DNA of 62,142 bases, the filler included, from Chiloscyllium plagiosum (Eukaryota), in assembly GCF_004010195.1 (NCBI RefSeq). It is 3 parts of one record of this genome, joined end to end, with 100 filler letters (N's around TTAATTAATTAA, not from the genome) between each part and the next. Parts side by side here need not be neighbours in the genome. Positions count along the whole stretch, not along the records: positions 20,336 to 51,229 come from NC_057712.1; 2 more parts are not named here. The stretch is one strand, 5' to 3'. Shown here piece by piece: positions 23,847-37,120 of the stretch; position 1 is the stretch's first letter; every line of letters starts with the position of its first letter. A model generated the notes under the pieces. It saw only the letters and a list, made by a program, of their open reading frames with translations. It had not been told where the DNA came from and did not search any database. Position numbers and translations under genes: made by a program.

Positions 23847-24151
23847 GGATGGCACAGTGGCTCAGTGGTTAGCACTGCTGCCTCACAGCACCAGGGTCCC
23901 AGGTTTGATTCCAGCCTCGGGTGACTGTGCAAACTCCACACAGACATTCTCCCCGTGTCTGCGTGGGTTTCCTCCGGGCGCTCCGGTTTCCTCCCAACGT
24001 CCAAAGATGTGCAGGTTAGGTGAATTGGCCGTGCTAAATTGCCCATAGTGTTAAGTGCTTTAGTCAGAGATAAGGGTCTGGGTGGGTTACTCGTCGGTGT
24101 GGACTGGTTGGGCCGAAGGGCCTGTTTCCATACCGTAGGGAATCTAATCTA
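23847..24151 (+). mobile_element. HE1 V-SINE
   Basis: tRNA head, V-domain and aatctaatcta tail. Confidence 0.88.
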
Positions 24152-25589
24152 AAACATTATTGCAACACAACCTACAGTGGGTTACATCTTACGACAAAGC
24201 TGGACAAGAGAGCACAAGGAGATGTGATGTTGTATCACTTCCTCTGATGAAGTGTATAGTTTTTCATTGTTATAACACACTGTTAGAATTAACTACACCT
24301 AGGACATTGGAGTCCATCCTGACTTGGAAATATATTGCTGTTGCTCCACTATTGGTGGGTCAGAATCCATTCAGTGGAATTCCATTCAGCCCATTGAGTC
24401 TGTTCTACCATTCAATGAGATCGTGGCTGATCTGATAATCCTCATCTCCAGTTTTCTGCCTTTTCCCTGCAATGCTCGATTCCCCTTCCCCTAAAACTCT
24501 GTCTGCTCCTTCCCTCCTTTACAGCATTGTAGGTGCATCCATGCCACACAGACTGCAGGGATTCAAGAAGTCTGTTCACCATCACCTTCTCAATGGCAAT
24601 TTGGGCTGGGAAATAAATTCTGGCCTCATCGACGATCATGGAAAAGGAAATCTTAGAAAACACAGACATTAAAAGGCAACCATTCAGCCCATCGTGTTCA
24701 TGCCTGTAGGAAGCTTCAGGCTCTGACCAGGGATTAGATGCAGGTCATTACAGTTAAAGCACCAGACTTTAACCACTAGATAGAAGTATAGAAGTATAGA
24801 AGGCAACACAACATTTGTAATATGTGGGTACATTATGGTGGCATAGACACACAGCGTGCCCACTGAACCTTTACTTACTTGCCTGAAGATACAGATTAGT
24901 TACTGAACCTGGGGATATACAAGTATTTGGTCTTGGACACAGCCTCCATGCAGTGCCTTCCATTGGGGCTATCTGACCAGCCACAAAGTGAACATCTTGG
25001 AATTATGAAAAATGATGTAAAGTTCTAGTTATTTTGTGAACTCTCTTAAAAGTTGCAATGGTGTGAGATGAAATGAGTGTCCTGTTGGGGAGTAGGGTGA
25101 AGGATTGTCCCAGTTCAGGATTTTAAGACTGAAGAATACAGTGGACAAGCTCACCCAGACAGATGGTTCCTTGTGACGGTGGGTTCAAATCCCATGGGAC
25201 TCCAATTAAAAACTGAGAAGCTACAAGTAAGCAGGGTAGTCAGGTGGAAACACTTTCATTCAAAGGTTAATTGAGTTGGGGAATGAGAATCTAAGGAACA
25301 TCAATAAAGCAGACAATTCCAAAGGTTCAACTGTCAGACAGAGGGATTTTTGGAGATAGGAAGACATTGAAGAATATAGTCAGAAAACAGATAGGTCAGG
25401 TTCATCTGTGAAAGAGAAGCAGCCTCATTTGAGCCTGATAGCTTTTTTCAGTTATGAGAACTTCTACTCTTATTATCATAGAACAGAAGCATTAGTTACT
25501 TGCAGGATAACAGAACTAAATGTAACAATAAATATAAAGATCTTAAAGGAAAAAGGATTGCCAATACTATAAGCAAAGTTCAGCAGACT

Positions 25590-26010
25590 TGTTCCTGGGT
25601 TGACAGGGCTTTCCTTGTGAAGAGTGATTGGAGAAACAGCCTGTATCCTCCAGAGTTTCAAAGAACAAGAGACAAGGTAGATTCAGGTAAGATGTTTCCC
25701 CTGGTTGGCAAGTCTAGAACCAGGGCGCACAACTTAAAAAATAAGGAGGATGCCCCTTAGGTTTGAGATGAGGAAATTTCTTTTTGCTCAGGGGATTGTG
25801 AACATTTGGAATTCTCAACCATAGAGGGCTGTGGAGTTGAGTTTTGTGTAGGTTTAAGATAGATTAATGGATATCTGATTACCAGTCACATATAGGGGAG
25901 GGGGGATGTTGTGAGGAAAAGGCAGTGAAGTGTTCAATCAGCCATGATCGTATTAAGTGGTGGGACAGGTTTGATGGGCTGAATGGCCTGTTCCTATTCC
26001 TAATTTCCTA
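25590..26010 (+). mobile_element. CR1 3' fragment, decayed
   Basis: MFPLVGKSRTRAHNLK; tail gatgggctgaatggcct. Confidence 0.75.
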
Positions 26011-26339
26011 TTAAAATTCTACTGAGGAACCTCCAAGTGACTAACTCAAATCACATTGCACTTACTGATAAAGAATCATTACTATTTTTGAATCTGTTTA
26101 AAAAAGGTGCAGTACTGACTAAAAGAGACAAGTTGTGTCTCTGATTTGATCCCCAGTCTACTGCTTGTCTGAAATGGGACGGGCGCAGAGTTTTCACAGT
26201 TAGCCCTAATGTCTCTGAGATGGACAAAAATCAGCCAGGTTCTTTTGGACAATGATGAGCATGTTACTCAGTCTTCATGGTGGAGGGGACAAAGCCACAA
26301 TTAACATGCCAAAAAAACTCAAGAGAGTCGGGGGGGGAG

Positions 26340-27940
26340 GTGAGAATGTTGGCCATCACCAAGGAGAAGGTGCTAGAATAGCTGAATGGCCTGGAGGTGG
26401 ATAAATCACCTCAACCAGATGGACTACACCTTAGAGTTCTGAAGGAGACAGCTGAAGTGATAGTGGAAGCATTAGTGGTGATCTTTCAGGAATCACTGGG
26501 GTCAGGGAGTGTACCCCCCCCCCGTTTAAGAAGGAAGTAAGCAAAAAAAGGGCAATTACAAGCTGTTCAGCCTGACCTTGGTCATTGGCAGGATTTTGGA
26601 GTTCCATTGCGAAGGATGGGATTTTTGAATTCTTGGAAGTGCATGGTAAAATAAGACAAAGTCAACATGGTTTTATCAAGGGAAGATCAATCCTGACCTG
26701 TTGTTGACTTGTTGACCAATTCTGTTAGAATTCTTTGAGGAGGTAATGAGCAGGTTAGATCAAGGAGAGCCAATGGAGATTATCAACTTGACTTCCAGAA
26801 GGCCTTTGACAATGTGTGCACAGAAGGCTGCTAAGTCAGATAAAAGCCCATAGTGTTAGAGGCAAGGTGCTAACATGGATAGAAGATCAGCTGTCTGGCA
26901 GAAAGCAGAGAGTGATGTTAAAAGGATCCTTCTCAGGATGGCAGCTGGTGACAAGTGGTGTTCCACAAGGGTCAGTGCTGGGACCACAACTTTTCGCTTT
27001 ATATTAATGATCTAGATGAAGGAATTGAGGGCATTTGAACTAAGTTTGCAGATGATACAAAAATAGGTGGAGGGGCATATAGTATGGAGGAGATGGCCAG
27101 GCTGTAGAAGGATTTGGACAGGTTAGGAGACTGGGTCAAGAAGTGGCAGATGGAATATGATGTGGGAAAGTGTGAGGCCATACACTTTGGTAGGAAGAAT
27201 ACAAGCACAGATACTTTCTAATTTGGGAGACTTGGGAGTCCTAGTCCAGGATTCTTTTAAGATTAACTTGCAGGTTGAGTCAGTAGTTAGGAATGCAAAT
27301 ACAATATTGGCATTTATTTCGAGAGGACTGGAATATAAAAGCTGAGATGTACCTCTGAAGCTTTATAGGGTTCTGCTCAGACCATGTTTAGAATATTGTG
27401 AGCAATTTTGGGCCCAATATCTCATGAAGGATGTACTGGCCCTGGAGCGTGTTCAGAAGAGGTTCATGAGATTAATCCCAGGAATGAAAAGCTTAACATA
27501 TGAGGAGCGTTTGAGGACTCTGAGTCTATATTCAATGGAGGTTAGAGGGATGAAAGGGGATCTAAATACAGAGTACTGAATGGTCTGGATAGAGTGGACA
27601 TTGGACATTGGGAAGATGTTTCCATTAGTAGGAGAGACTAGGACCTAAGGGCACAGCCTTAGCGTAAAGGTAAGGCCCCTTAGAATGGAGTTGAGGAGAA
27701 ACTTCTTCAGCCAGAGAGTGGTGAATTTATGGAATTCATTGCCACAGAAGGCTATGGAGGCCAGATCATTGACTATATTTAAGATGGAGTTAGATAGGTT
27801 CTTGATTATCTTGGAGATCAAAGGTTATGGGGAGAAGATGGGAGAATGGGGTTGAGAAATTTATCATCAATGATTGAATGGCTGTGCAGACTCGATGGGC
27901 TGAATGGCCTAACCTCTGCTTCTATGTCTTATGGTCTTAT
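26340..27940 (+). mobile_element. CR1 LINE ORF2 RT to 3' end, frameshifted
   Basis: [23 protein letters not shown] and KFADDTK motifs; tail tatgtcttatggtcttat. Confidence 0.92.
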
Positions 27941-28274
27941 AGTTGTGGAAGGACCAGAATGGACCACTTTGGGCAAGCTACCCTGCCCAGACTTAATAGT
28001 TACGTTTCTGAAAGAATGTTCCTGGCACCAAGTGTTGCCCATCAAGAATACCAGCCTAGAAATGTAGTGCCTGCATATGCAGCACCCATTTACCATGCTC
28101 TACTCAGTTCACTAAGACCCAAACATGGCAGAACTCTGCAGCCATTATCAGCCTATTTCTCTTTTCCATTATACCATGTTTTCATATTCTATGTTTCTAT
28201 ACTGAGCAAGGATGAGAAAAAGGGGTCTTTTCCCAAGCAGAAACAGATTGGGAAAACCTCCTTTGAACATGCAG

Positions 28275-28625
28275 AGGAGTCAATCTAACACCTTTCTGGT
28301 GCCAGATATGACTTCAACCAGCAGAGAGTTTGTCCCCCGATACCCATTGGTTCCAGGTTTGCTTAGGCTCTTTGATCGGTCAAATGCGCCCTTTATGTCA
28401 AGGGCTGTCACTCTTACCTCACCTCTGGAGTTCAACTCTTTTGTCCATGTTTGAACTAAGGCTGTAATGAGATCAGGAGCTGAGTAACCCTGGTGGAACC
28501 CAAACTGGGTGCCACTGAGCAGGCTATTACTTAGTTGGAAATGCAATTGATGACACCTTCTACACTTCACTGATGATCGAAAGTAGGAGACTGATGGTGT
28601 AATAATTGACTCAGCTGGGTTTGTC
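28275..28625 (-). mobile_element. CR1-group LINE RT fragment
   Basis: QFGFHQGYSAPDLITALVQTWTKELNSRGEVRVTALDIKGAFDR. Confidence 0.85.
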
Positions 28626-29914
28626 AATTTTGCTTTTGAACTCCAAGTTTATAGAGCTCTCGAATTCTTTTCTTAATGTGTGATTAAAGGTATTGCATCG
28701 CTTGGGAGAGGAAGTGATGTTACTTCTTACAAGCTCCCTAGAGCAATAAGATGTATTGCCACAAGACACATGGCAGTTAAATAGGTGCCAAGCCAATGAG
28801 ACAAATGAAAACTTGAAGAGGTACATTGTCTGTAGCTTTGTTATTTAACTGCTTGAACTGACAGTCTTTCACCTGCTGTCAATCTCTACCAGACTGATTC
28901 GATTCAATCTTCACAGATGACTGCTTTGAAGCTGGCTTTTATCTCTTTGTGTGAAAGGCTTTTGCTGTTTTTTAGTGTTGCAGCCTGATCTCAGTAAGAT
29001 CAGGGTTAAATCTTAAGTGAAACAGTCTTTATTCTGACAGAAGCTTAATGGGACATCTTTGCCAACTGAAGACATGGAGATCTTCTAGAGGGAAACATAA
29101 CTGAACCCCAACCAGGTCGTGTTTGGTGACAATGTATGGCAAAGGTCCTTTCAATTCCCCCCTTTTTATATCTCATGGTATCGCCCTGTCCGCTCAACTT
29201 TTCCAAATCCTTTTCACCCTGAGATGCTGCTTCATTCTGAGGTATAGATGCAGTATTGACTTTATCGTTTCTCTAGAAAAAGAGAACACTGATGCGTAAC
29301 TGTATATTTTATATCCTAAGCTATTGCTACAGTTTATTTATGTTTGATTGAGTCCTCAGTTAGCGTGAACTAATCAAACACACTCACCTTTAATATGAAA
29401 CAGACTTGATAGACCTTTAATTTTGGTTACTTTATTCATAAATAGCCCAAAGAAATATCCTTTACCCCAGTGGAGTATTACTCCTATCTTCATTTTAAAT
29501 TTTATTTCATGAATTGATGAGGTCACAAGTTTTCTCTTTCAGTGACTTTCTGCACATTTACCAAATGCGATTCTCACTCTCGCCCTGAGACATACAGATG
29601 GGCTAACTCACTAATGTTTCATTGTTGAACCCTAATAAATTTTCAGCCCTGTCTACTCGGGCTAATAAAATGAACTCCGATTTCTTTCCAGCTCTGTAGG
29701 CCTGAAGGCTGGTGAGAAGTGAACTCCCTTTCAACTGGCAGGGACCATTCCTTCTGAATTCAAACTTCTTGTGGCCTTTGGCCATCTTCTTTCCTGTGTA
29801 TCATTAAAAAAAAGCTCACTTACCAGATAGCTTCTGTAGTCATTAGTCATATGATTGCTTGAAAGTGCTTTGCTGACCCAATGGGGAAAAAAAAATGAGT
29901 TTACAAAAACAAGT

Positions 29915-32900
29915 CATAGAGTCCATATGACCATAAGAAATAGGAGTAGAAGTAAGGCCATTAGGCCCATCGAGTCCACTCCGCCATTCAATCATGGCTG
30001 ATGGGCATTTCAACGCCACTTACCCACACTCACCCCATATCCTTTAATTCCTTGCAAAATCAAGAATTTATCAATCTCTGCCTTGAAGGCATTTTAACAT
30101 CCTGGCCTCCAGTGCGCTCCGTGGCAATGAATTCCACAGGCCCACCACTCTCTGGCTGAAGAAATGTCTCCTCATTTCTGTTCTAAATTGACCCCCTCTA
30201 ATTCTAAGGCTGTGCCCATGGGTCCGAGTATCCCCACCTGAAGGGAAACAATTTCCTAGCGTCCACCTTTCTAAGCCATGCATTATCTTGTAAATTTCTA
30301 TTAGATCTCCCCATAATTTTCTAAACTCTAATGAATATAACCCCAGGATCCTCAGCGGATCATCGTATGTTATGTCAACCATTCCAGGGATCTCTCCACT
30401 GGATGCGCTCCAGTATGTCCTTCCTGAAGTGTGGAGCCCAAAACTGGACACAGTATTCTAAATGGGGCCTAACCAGAGCTTTACAAAGTCTCAGTAGCAC
30501 ATCACTGCTCTTACATACATCATGAGATAAATGACAACATTACATTTGCTTTCTTAACCACGGACTCAACCTGCAAGTTAACCTTTAGAGAATCCTTGAC
30601 CAGCACTCCCAGATCCCTTTGTACTTTGGCTTTATGAATTTTCTCATCTTTTAGAAAATAATCCATGCCTATGTTCTTTCTTCCAAAGTGCAAGACCTCG
30701 CATTTGCTCACATTGAAATTCATCAGCCATCTCTTGGACCATTCTCTGAAACTGTCTAAATCTTTCTGTAGCTTCCCCACCTCCTCAGTACTATCTGCCT
30801 TTCCACTTAACTTCACATCATCGGTGAACTTCACCAGAATGCCCCAGTCTTTTTGTCCAGATCATTAATATATAAAGTGAACATCTGCGGCCCCCAATAG
30901 TGAACCCTGAGGGACACCACTTGTCATTAGCTGCCATTCCAAAAAAGAACCTTTTATCCCAACTCTCTGCCTTCTTTCAGACAGCCAATCCTCAATCCGT
31001 GCCAGTAGCTCACCTCGAACACCATGGGCCCTCACCTTACTCAGCAGCCTCCTGTGAGGCACCTTATCAAAGGCCTTTTGGAAGTCTAGGTAGATAACTT
31101 CCACTGGGTTTCCCTGGTCTAACCTACTTGTTACCTCTTCAAAGAATTCTCACAGATTTGTCAGGCATGACCTCCACTTACTAAATCCATGCTGACTTGT
31201 TCTAATCCAATCCTACACTTCCAAGAATTTTGAAATCTCATCCTTAACGATGGATTCTAGACTTTTATGTACAACCAAGGTTAGGCTAATCGGACTATAA
31301 TTTTTAATTTTTTGTCTTGATCCTTTCTTGAACAAGGGGGTTACAACAGTGATTTTCCAATCATCTGGGACTTTCCTTGACTCCAGTGAATTTTGAAAGA
31401 TCACAACCAATGCCTCTGCAATTTCTTCAGCTCCCTCCCTCGGAACTCTAGGATGTAGCCCATTGGGGCCATGAGGTTTATCAATTTTTAGACCTTTTAG
31501 CTTTTCAAGCACTTTATCTTTTGTAATGGCTACCATACTCAACTCTGCCCCTGACTCTCCTTAATTGTTGGGATATTACTCATGTGTTCCACTGTGAAGA
31601 CTGACGCAAAGTATTTATTAAGTTCTTCAGCTATTTCCTTATCTCCCATCACTAGCCTTATTGCATCAATTTGGAGCGGCCCAATTTCTACTTTTGCCTC
31701 TCATTTGTTTCTTATGTATTGAAAGAAACTTTTACTATCATTTCTAATATTACTGGCTAGCTTACCTTCATATTTTAACCTCTCCTTCCTTATTTCTCTC
31801 TTTGTTATCCTCTGTTTGTTTTTGTAGTTTTCCTAATCTTCTGATTTCACAGTGCTCTCGGCCATTTATAGGTTGTCTGTTTCTCTGTGATACATTTCCT
31901 GACTTCCTGTGTCAGCCACGGTTTTCTAACCTCCCCCAACTCCCCGGATATTCTTTCTTTTCTTTGGAATGAAACTCTGTACTGTGTCCTCACCTGTCTT
32001 CTACTGTCTTCCCCACTAGGCTCTGTTTCCAGTCTATTTTCATCAGTTCCTCTTTCATGCCCATGTAATTGCCTTTATTTAACTGTAACACCATTACGCC
32101 TGATTTTGCCTTCTCTCTTTTGAATTGCAGATTATGATCGCTGTCTCCTAAGTGTTCCCTGACTTTAAGATCTTTGATAAAATCTGGCTTGATACATTGC
32201 ACTAAGTCCAGAATAGCCTGCTGCTTTTTGGGCTCCATCACAAGCTGTTCCAAAAAGCCATCCTGCAAGCATTCCATGAATTCCCTTTCTTTGGATCCAC
32301 CGGCAACATAATTCACTCAGTCCATTTGCATATTGAAGTCCCCCATGATCACCATGACCTTACCTTTCTGACATACCCTATCTATTTCCCAGTACATCTT
32401 GTGCCCCTGGTCCTGAGCACTGTACAGACCTCCCATTACGGTTTTTTGTTTTGCGTTTGTAGTTCCTCAACTCCACCCACACTGACTCTACATCATCTGA
32501 CCCTATGTCATTCAGTGCCATAGATTTAACTTCATTCTTAACCATCAAGGCAACCCCACCCCCTCTGCCCACCTCCCTGTCTTTGATAAGTTGTAAATCC
32601 TTGGATGTTTAACTGCCAGTCCTGAACCCTCTGCAACCATGTCTCTGTGATGCCTACCACATCATTACCATTCACGATGATTTTTGCCGTTAATTCATCT
32701 ACTTTGTTACGAATACTATGAGCATTCAGGTAAAGCACTTCATGCTAATTTTCTTATCCTCATGATTTCCATCACCTTTACTAATATATCCTAAGTTATC
32801 TTTCCTTTTTGCTTCATTCCTAGTCTGTACACATGTTAACCTGCTGCTTATCTTTCTACCTGACTCCATACTCCTTGTTGCTTTCCCTTTCCCTTCCCCG

Positions 32901-33880
32901 ACGCACGAGTTTAAAGTCCTAGTGACCACCCTATTTATCCTTTTTGCCAGAACACTGGTTCCAGATCGGTTCAGGTGGAGACCATCCCATTGTTACAGAT
33001 CGCCCCAGTTCCAAAACTGATGCCAATGCCCCACGAAATGGAGCCCCTCTTTCCCACACCGATCTCTTAGCCACGTGTTTACTTCCCTAACTTTCTTATC
33101 CCTATGCCGATTAGCACGTGGCTTGGGCAGTAATCCAGAGATTATGATCCTCGAGGACCTGTTCTTCAATTTCCTTCCTAGTGCTTGATACTCCCCAAAC
33201 ATGTCCTCCTTCCTAGCCTTGCCAATGTTGTTTGTGTCAACGTGGATCACAACAACTGGATCCTCCCCCTCCCGCTCCAATATCCTTTCAAGCCGTTCGG
33301 AGATGTCCTGCACTCTGGCACCGGGCAGGCAACACACCATGCGGGACTCCCGATCCAGCTCACAAAGGATACTGTCTGTCCCCCTAATTATAGAATCGCC
33401 TATAACTACCACTTGTCCTTTGCTCCCCCCTTTTGAATGGCCTTCTGCACCATGGTGCCATGGTCAGCTGGCTCATCCTGTCCAGAGCCCTTTTCCTCAT
33501 CCACACAGGGAGCAAGAATCTCATACCTGTTGGACAAGGTCAAGGGCTGAGTGTCCTTCCCTCCTGAACTCAGAATCCCCCGACCTGCCTTACTTACAGT
33601 CACACCCTGTTGTCCCTGAACACTTACTGAATTTGAATTACTTAATCTACCGGGTGTGACTGCCTCTTGAAACAAAGTGTCCAGGTAATTCTTCCCCCTC
33701 CCGGATGTGCCGCAGTGTATAAAGCTCAGATTCCAGCTCATCAATTCTGATCCGGAGTTCTTCCAGCAACCAACACTTATTGCAGATGTGGTCACTGTCG
33801 TTCACAATGGGATCAGCCAGCTCCCACATCATATAGCTACAGCACATCATCTGTCCAGCCATCTCTACTTATTTAATTAA
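29915..33880 (-). mobile_element. Near-full-length CR1 LINE (ORF1 zinc finger plus esterase, ORF2 APE endonuclease plus RT, 3' tail), inactivated
   Basis: Colinear ORF pieces: 33862 MAGQMMC..CNKC, 33412 GDSIIRG, 32738 YLNAHSIRNK..GITETW, 32316 LDLV..LGDSDH, 31104 YLDFQKAFDKVPH, 30834 FTDD. Multiple frameshifts and stops. Confidence 0.93.
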
Positions 33881-33924
33881 TTTGTACAAATTTATGAGTT
33901 AAATAATTCTAGTACTTCTGTCAT

Positions 33925-35740
33925 GGGTCATAGAGGCTTACAGTGCAGAAAAAGGCCCTTTGGCCCATCAAGTCTGTGCCAGTCAAAACCAAATATTCTA
34001 ATCCTGTTTCCCAGCAGGTGGCCTGTAGCCTTGTATACCTTGGCATGAGCTGAAAAATGTGTTGCTGGAAAAGCACAGCAGGTCAGGCAGCATCCAAGGA
34101 GCTGGAGAATCGATGATTTGGGCATAAGCCCTTCTTCAGGAATCCTTGGCATTGCAAGTACGCAGTTAAATGCTACTTAAATGTTATGTGCGTTTCTACC
34201 TCTGCCACACTTTCAGGCAGTGGGTTCCATCGTCCCACTATCCTATTTCCTCACCTCCCCTCTAATTATAGAATTCTGTCCATTACCTTAAATCTATGTG
34301 GAGAAAGTGAGGTCTGCAGATGCTGGAGATCAGAGCTGAAAATGTGTTGCTGGAACAGCGCAGCAGGTCAGGCAGTATCATGCCCCAATCATGATCCTTC
34401 CCCAAAGGGAAAAAAGTTCCTTCCCATCGATCCTGTCTGTGTCTCGTAACATTATACATCTCAATCATGCCCCCAACTTCAGTCACCTCTATTCCAATGA
34501 AAACAATCCCAATCTATCCCATTTCTCCTCATAACTAAAACTCTCCAGCCCAGACAGCAACCTGGTAGATCTTATCTGCAATCACATCCCTCCTTTAACT
34601 GCAGAACTGCATTCATTACTCTCATTGTAGCCTTACCAATGTTCTAAATGGTTCTAACATGACTTTACTTGTCTTAAACTTATGTCTCGATTAATAAAGT
34701 CCAGTATCCCATATGCCTTCTTAATCACTTTATCCACCATTCCTACTACTTTCAGGGAGTGGTCGACATGCGCACCAGGGTTCCTCTGATCATCGGTGTT
34801 TTCTAGGCTCCCACCGGCTCACCATCCCTTGTATTCTTTGTCCTGCTCAAGTGGATCACCTCACTGACTGAATTCCATTTGCCGCTGATCAGTGCATCTG
34901 ATCACCCCATTTATGTCCTCCGTATTCTAAAGATATCCTCCTGCCTACTTACCACCAATTCTTTATCATCCGTGAACTTACTGATCAACCCTGCTACGTC
35001 TTAGTGTAAATTATTTATCTGTGCAGTGCATACAGCAAGGGCCCTAACACTGACACATGCGCAAACCCACTGGACATAAGCTTCCAGTCCCAAAACACTC
35101 TTGATCATCATTCTCTGTTTCTGGCAGTCAGCCAATTCTGGATCCCATTTGTTAAAATTCCTTGGGTCCCATGGGCTCTTATCTTTGCCATCAGTCTCCC
35201 ACATGGGACCTTATCAAAAGCCTTGCTGAGACCAAGTATGCTACGACAAATGCAGTGTCCTTATCTATAAACCTTGATTACCTCTTCGAAAAATTCAATC
35301 AGGTTGGCCAGACACGACCTCTTTTGAAGAAATCAATGCTGACTGTTCTTGATTAATCTCTACTGCAGATTATAAAGCCATAGAGTCATATGTTAGGAAC
35401 AGGCTCTTCAGTCCACCATGTCCATGCCAATCAACAAACACCAAATTATACTAATCCCATTTACCTGCACTTGGCCTGTAGCCTGTTTTGCCTTGACGTT
35501 TTAAGCGCTCATCCAGATGTCTCTTAAATGCTGTGAAAGTAGCTGCCCCTACTGCCCTCTCAGGTATCACTTTCCATATTTCTACCACTCTCTGGGTGAA
35601 ATTTCTTTTGTCAGATTTTCTCTAAGTAAATATTGGTCACTAGGGACCTACCATCCATTGTGTATGTCCTTTCTTTATTAGATACCCAAATATATCACTT
35701 CCAACTTATCAGGATTGAATTCCATCTGCCAATGCTTTGC
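33925..35740 (-). mobile_element. Two decayed CR1 3' fragments carrying PLE mini-insertions (34047-34143 and about 34299-34378)
   Basis: CR1 tails at about 33928 and 35380. The 34047-34143 insert is flanked by a 9-bp TSD ccttggcat. Confidence 0.8.
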
Positions 35741-36898
35741 TTGATTACTCTCAGCCCTCAGAATTACTTCAAATTTTCACCTTCACAGAACTGAAAGCAC
35801 AGAAGAATAGAATTACCTCCACTTTTGAACCACTTTACAAAACAACAACAATATGTTATAAGCTTTCATCACAAGGTGCACAGGGTTTACTGTGTGTTTT
35901 TCTTATTCAATCTTTGTGAGTGGGCATTGCTGGCTGAGTCAGCATTTATTGCCCATCCCCATTTGCCCTTGAGAAGATGGTCATGGGCTACCTACTTGAG
36001 CTGCTGCAGTCCATGTGGGGTAAAAATATACACAGCTTTGTTAAAAAGGGAGCTCCAGGATTTTGACCTGGCTATAGGTCACTAATGGTGTAAGCAATTA
36101 AATTAGATGAGAAAGCCTGGATCCTTTGGAGTATAAGCACCACAGTAAACCAATCGGAATGGTGTGTCTCTGAGTTTTTAAAAATTCATTCATGGGATGT
36201 GGGCATCCCTGGTTAGGTCAGTTTTATTTGCCCATCACTAATGGCTCAAAGGGCAATTAAGTGTCACGCACATAGCTGTGGGTCTGAGAGTCACATGTAG
36301 GACATTAGTGAAACAGATGGGTCTTTGCAATGACGACAGTGGTAATATGGTCACCATTAATCAGCTTTTTATTCAATATATTTACTGAATTCATATTTCA
36401 CCATATGCAATGGTATGAGTCAAACCCATGTCCTCAGGATAACATAAAATAAAAAATCTGTGGACTCTGAAGATCTGAAACAAAAACCAAAATTGTTGGA
36501 GAAACTCAATATAACAGCACACAAACCAACAGCCACTCTCAGACAACAACTCACCAGGACAAAGGACCTGATACCCAGCATGAGCAAAACCAACGTAGTG
36601 TACAAAATCTCATGCAAGGACTGCACAAAACACTACATAGGACAAACAGGAAGACAGCTAACAATCCGTATCCATGAACACCAACTAGCCACAAAACGAC
36701 ACGACCAGCTATCCTTAGTAGCCACCCACGCGGATGACAAGCAACATGAGTTCAACTGGGACAACACTACTATTATAGGACAAGCCAAACAGAGAACAGC
36801 CAGGGAATTCCTAGAGGCATGGCACTCATCCACAGAGCTGGAAATGTGTTGCTGGAAAAGCGCAGCAGGTCAGGCAGCATCCAGGGAACAGGAGAATC

Positions 36899-36926
36899 GA
36901 CGTTTCGGGCATAAGCCCTTCTTCAG
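36899..36926 (-). ncRNA. Minimal hammerhead ribozyme core in a nested PLE module (36837-36932)
   Basis: CTGAAGA-a-gggc(ttat)gccc-GAAAC-GTC; palindromic ACGT stem III; weak stem I (attc/gatt). Confidence 0.65.
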
Positions 36927-37080
36927 GAATCGACAGATTCTATCAACAAACACATCGACCTGGACCCAATATGCCGACCACTGCAACGGACAGCTGGAAC
37001 TGACAACCGGAAGCGGCAGAGACAAGCCACTATAAATGCTGGAGGAAACATCACAGAAGCGCTCCACAGGAGGGTCCCAA

Positions 37081-37120
37081 GCACTGAGGATGTTACCTAG
37101 ACAGGGGACGAAACGTCTGC
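37081..37120 (+). ncRNA. Minimal type I hammerhead ribozyme of the Penelope pseudo-LTR
   Basis: gca-CTGAGGA-t-gttacct(agac)aggggac-GAAAC-GTC-tgc. Stem I is gca/tgc; predicted cleavage after 37117. Confidence 0.75.

Noticed and set aside
36460..37035. 191-aa GIY-YIG ORF as a novel nuclease gene
   Set aside because: It is a truncated Penelope endonuclease read through flanking and nested insertions, with TSDs marking the joins.
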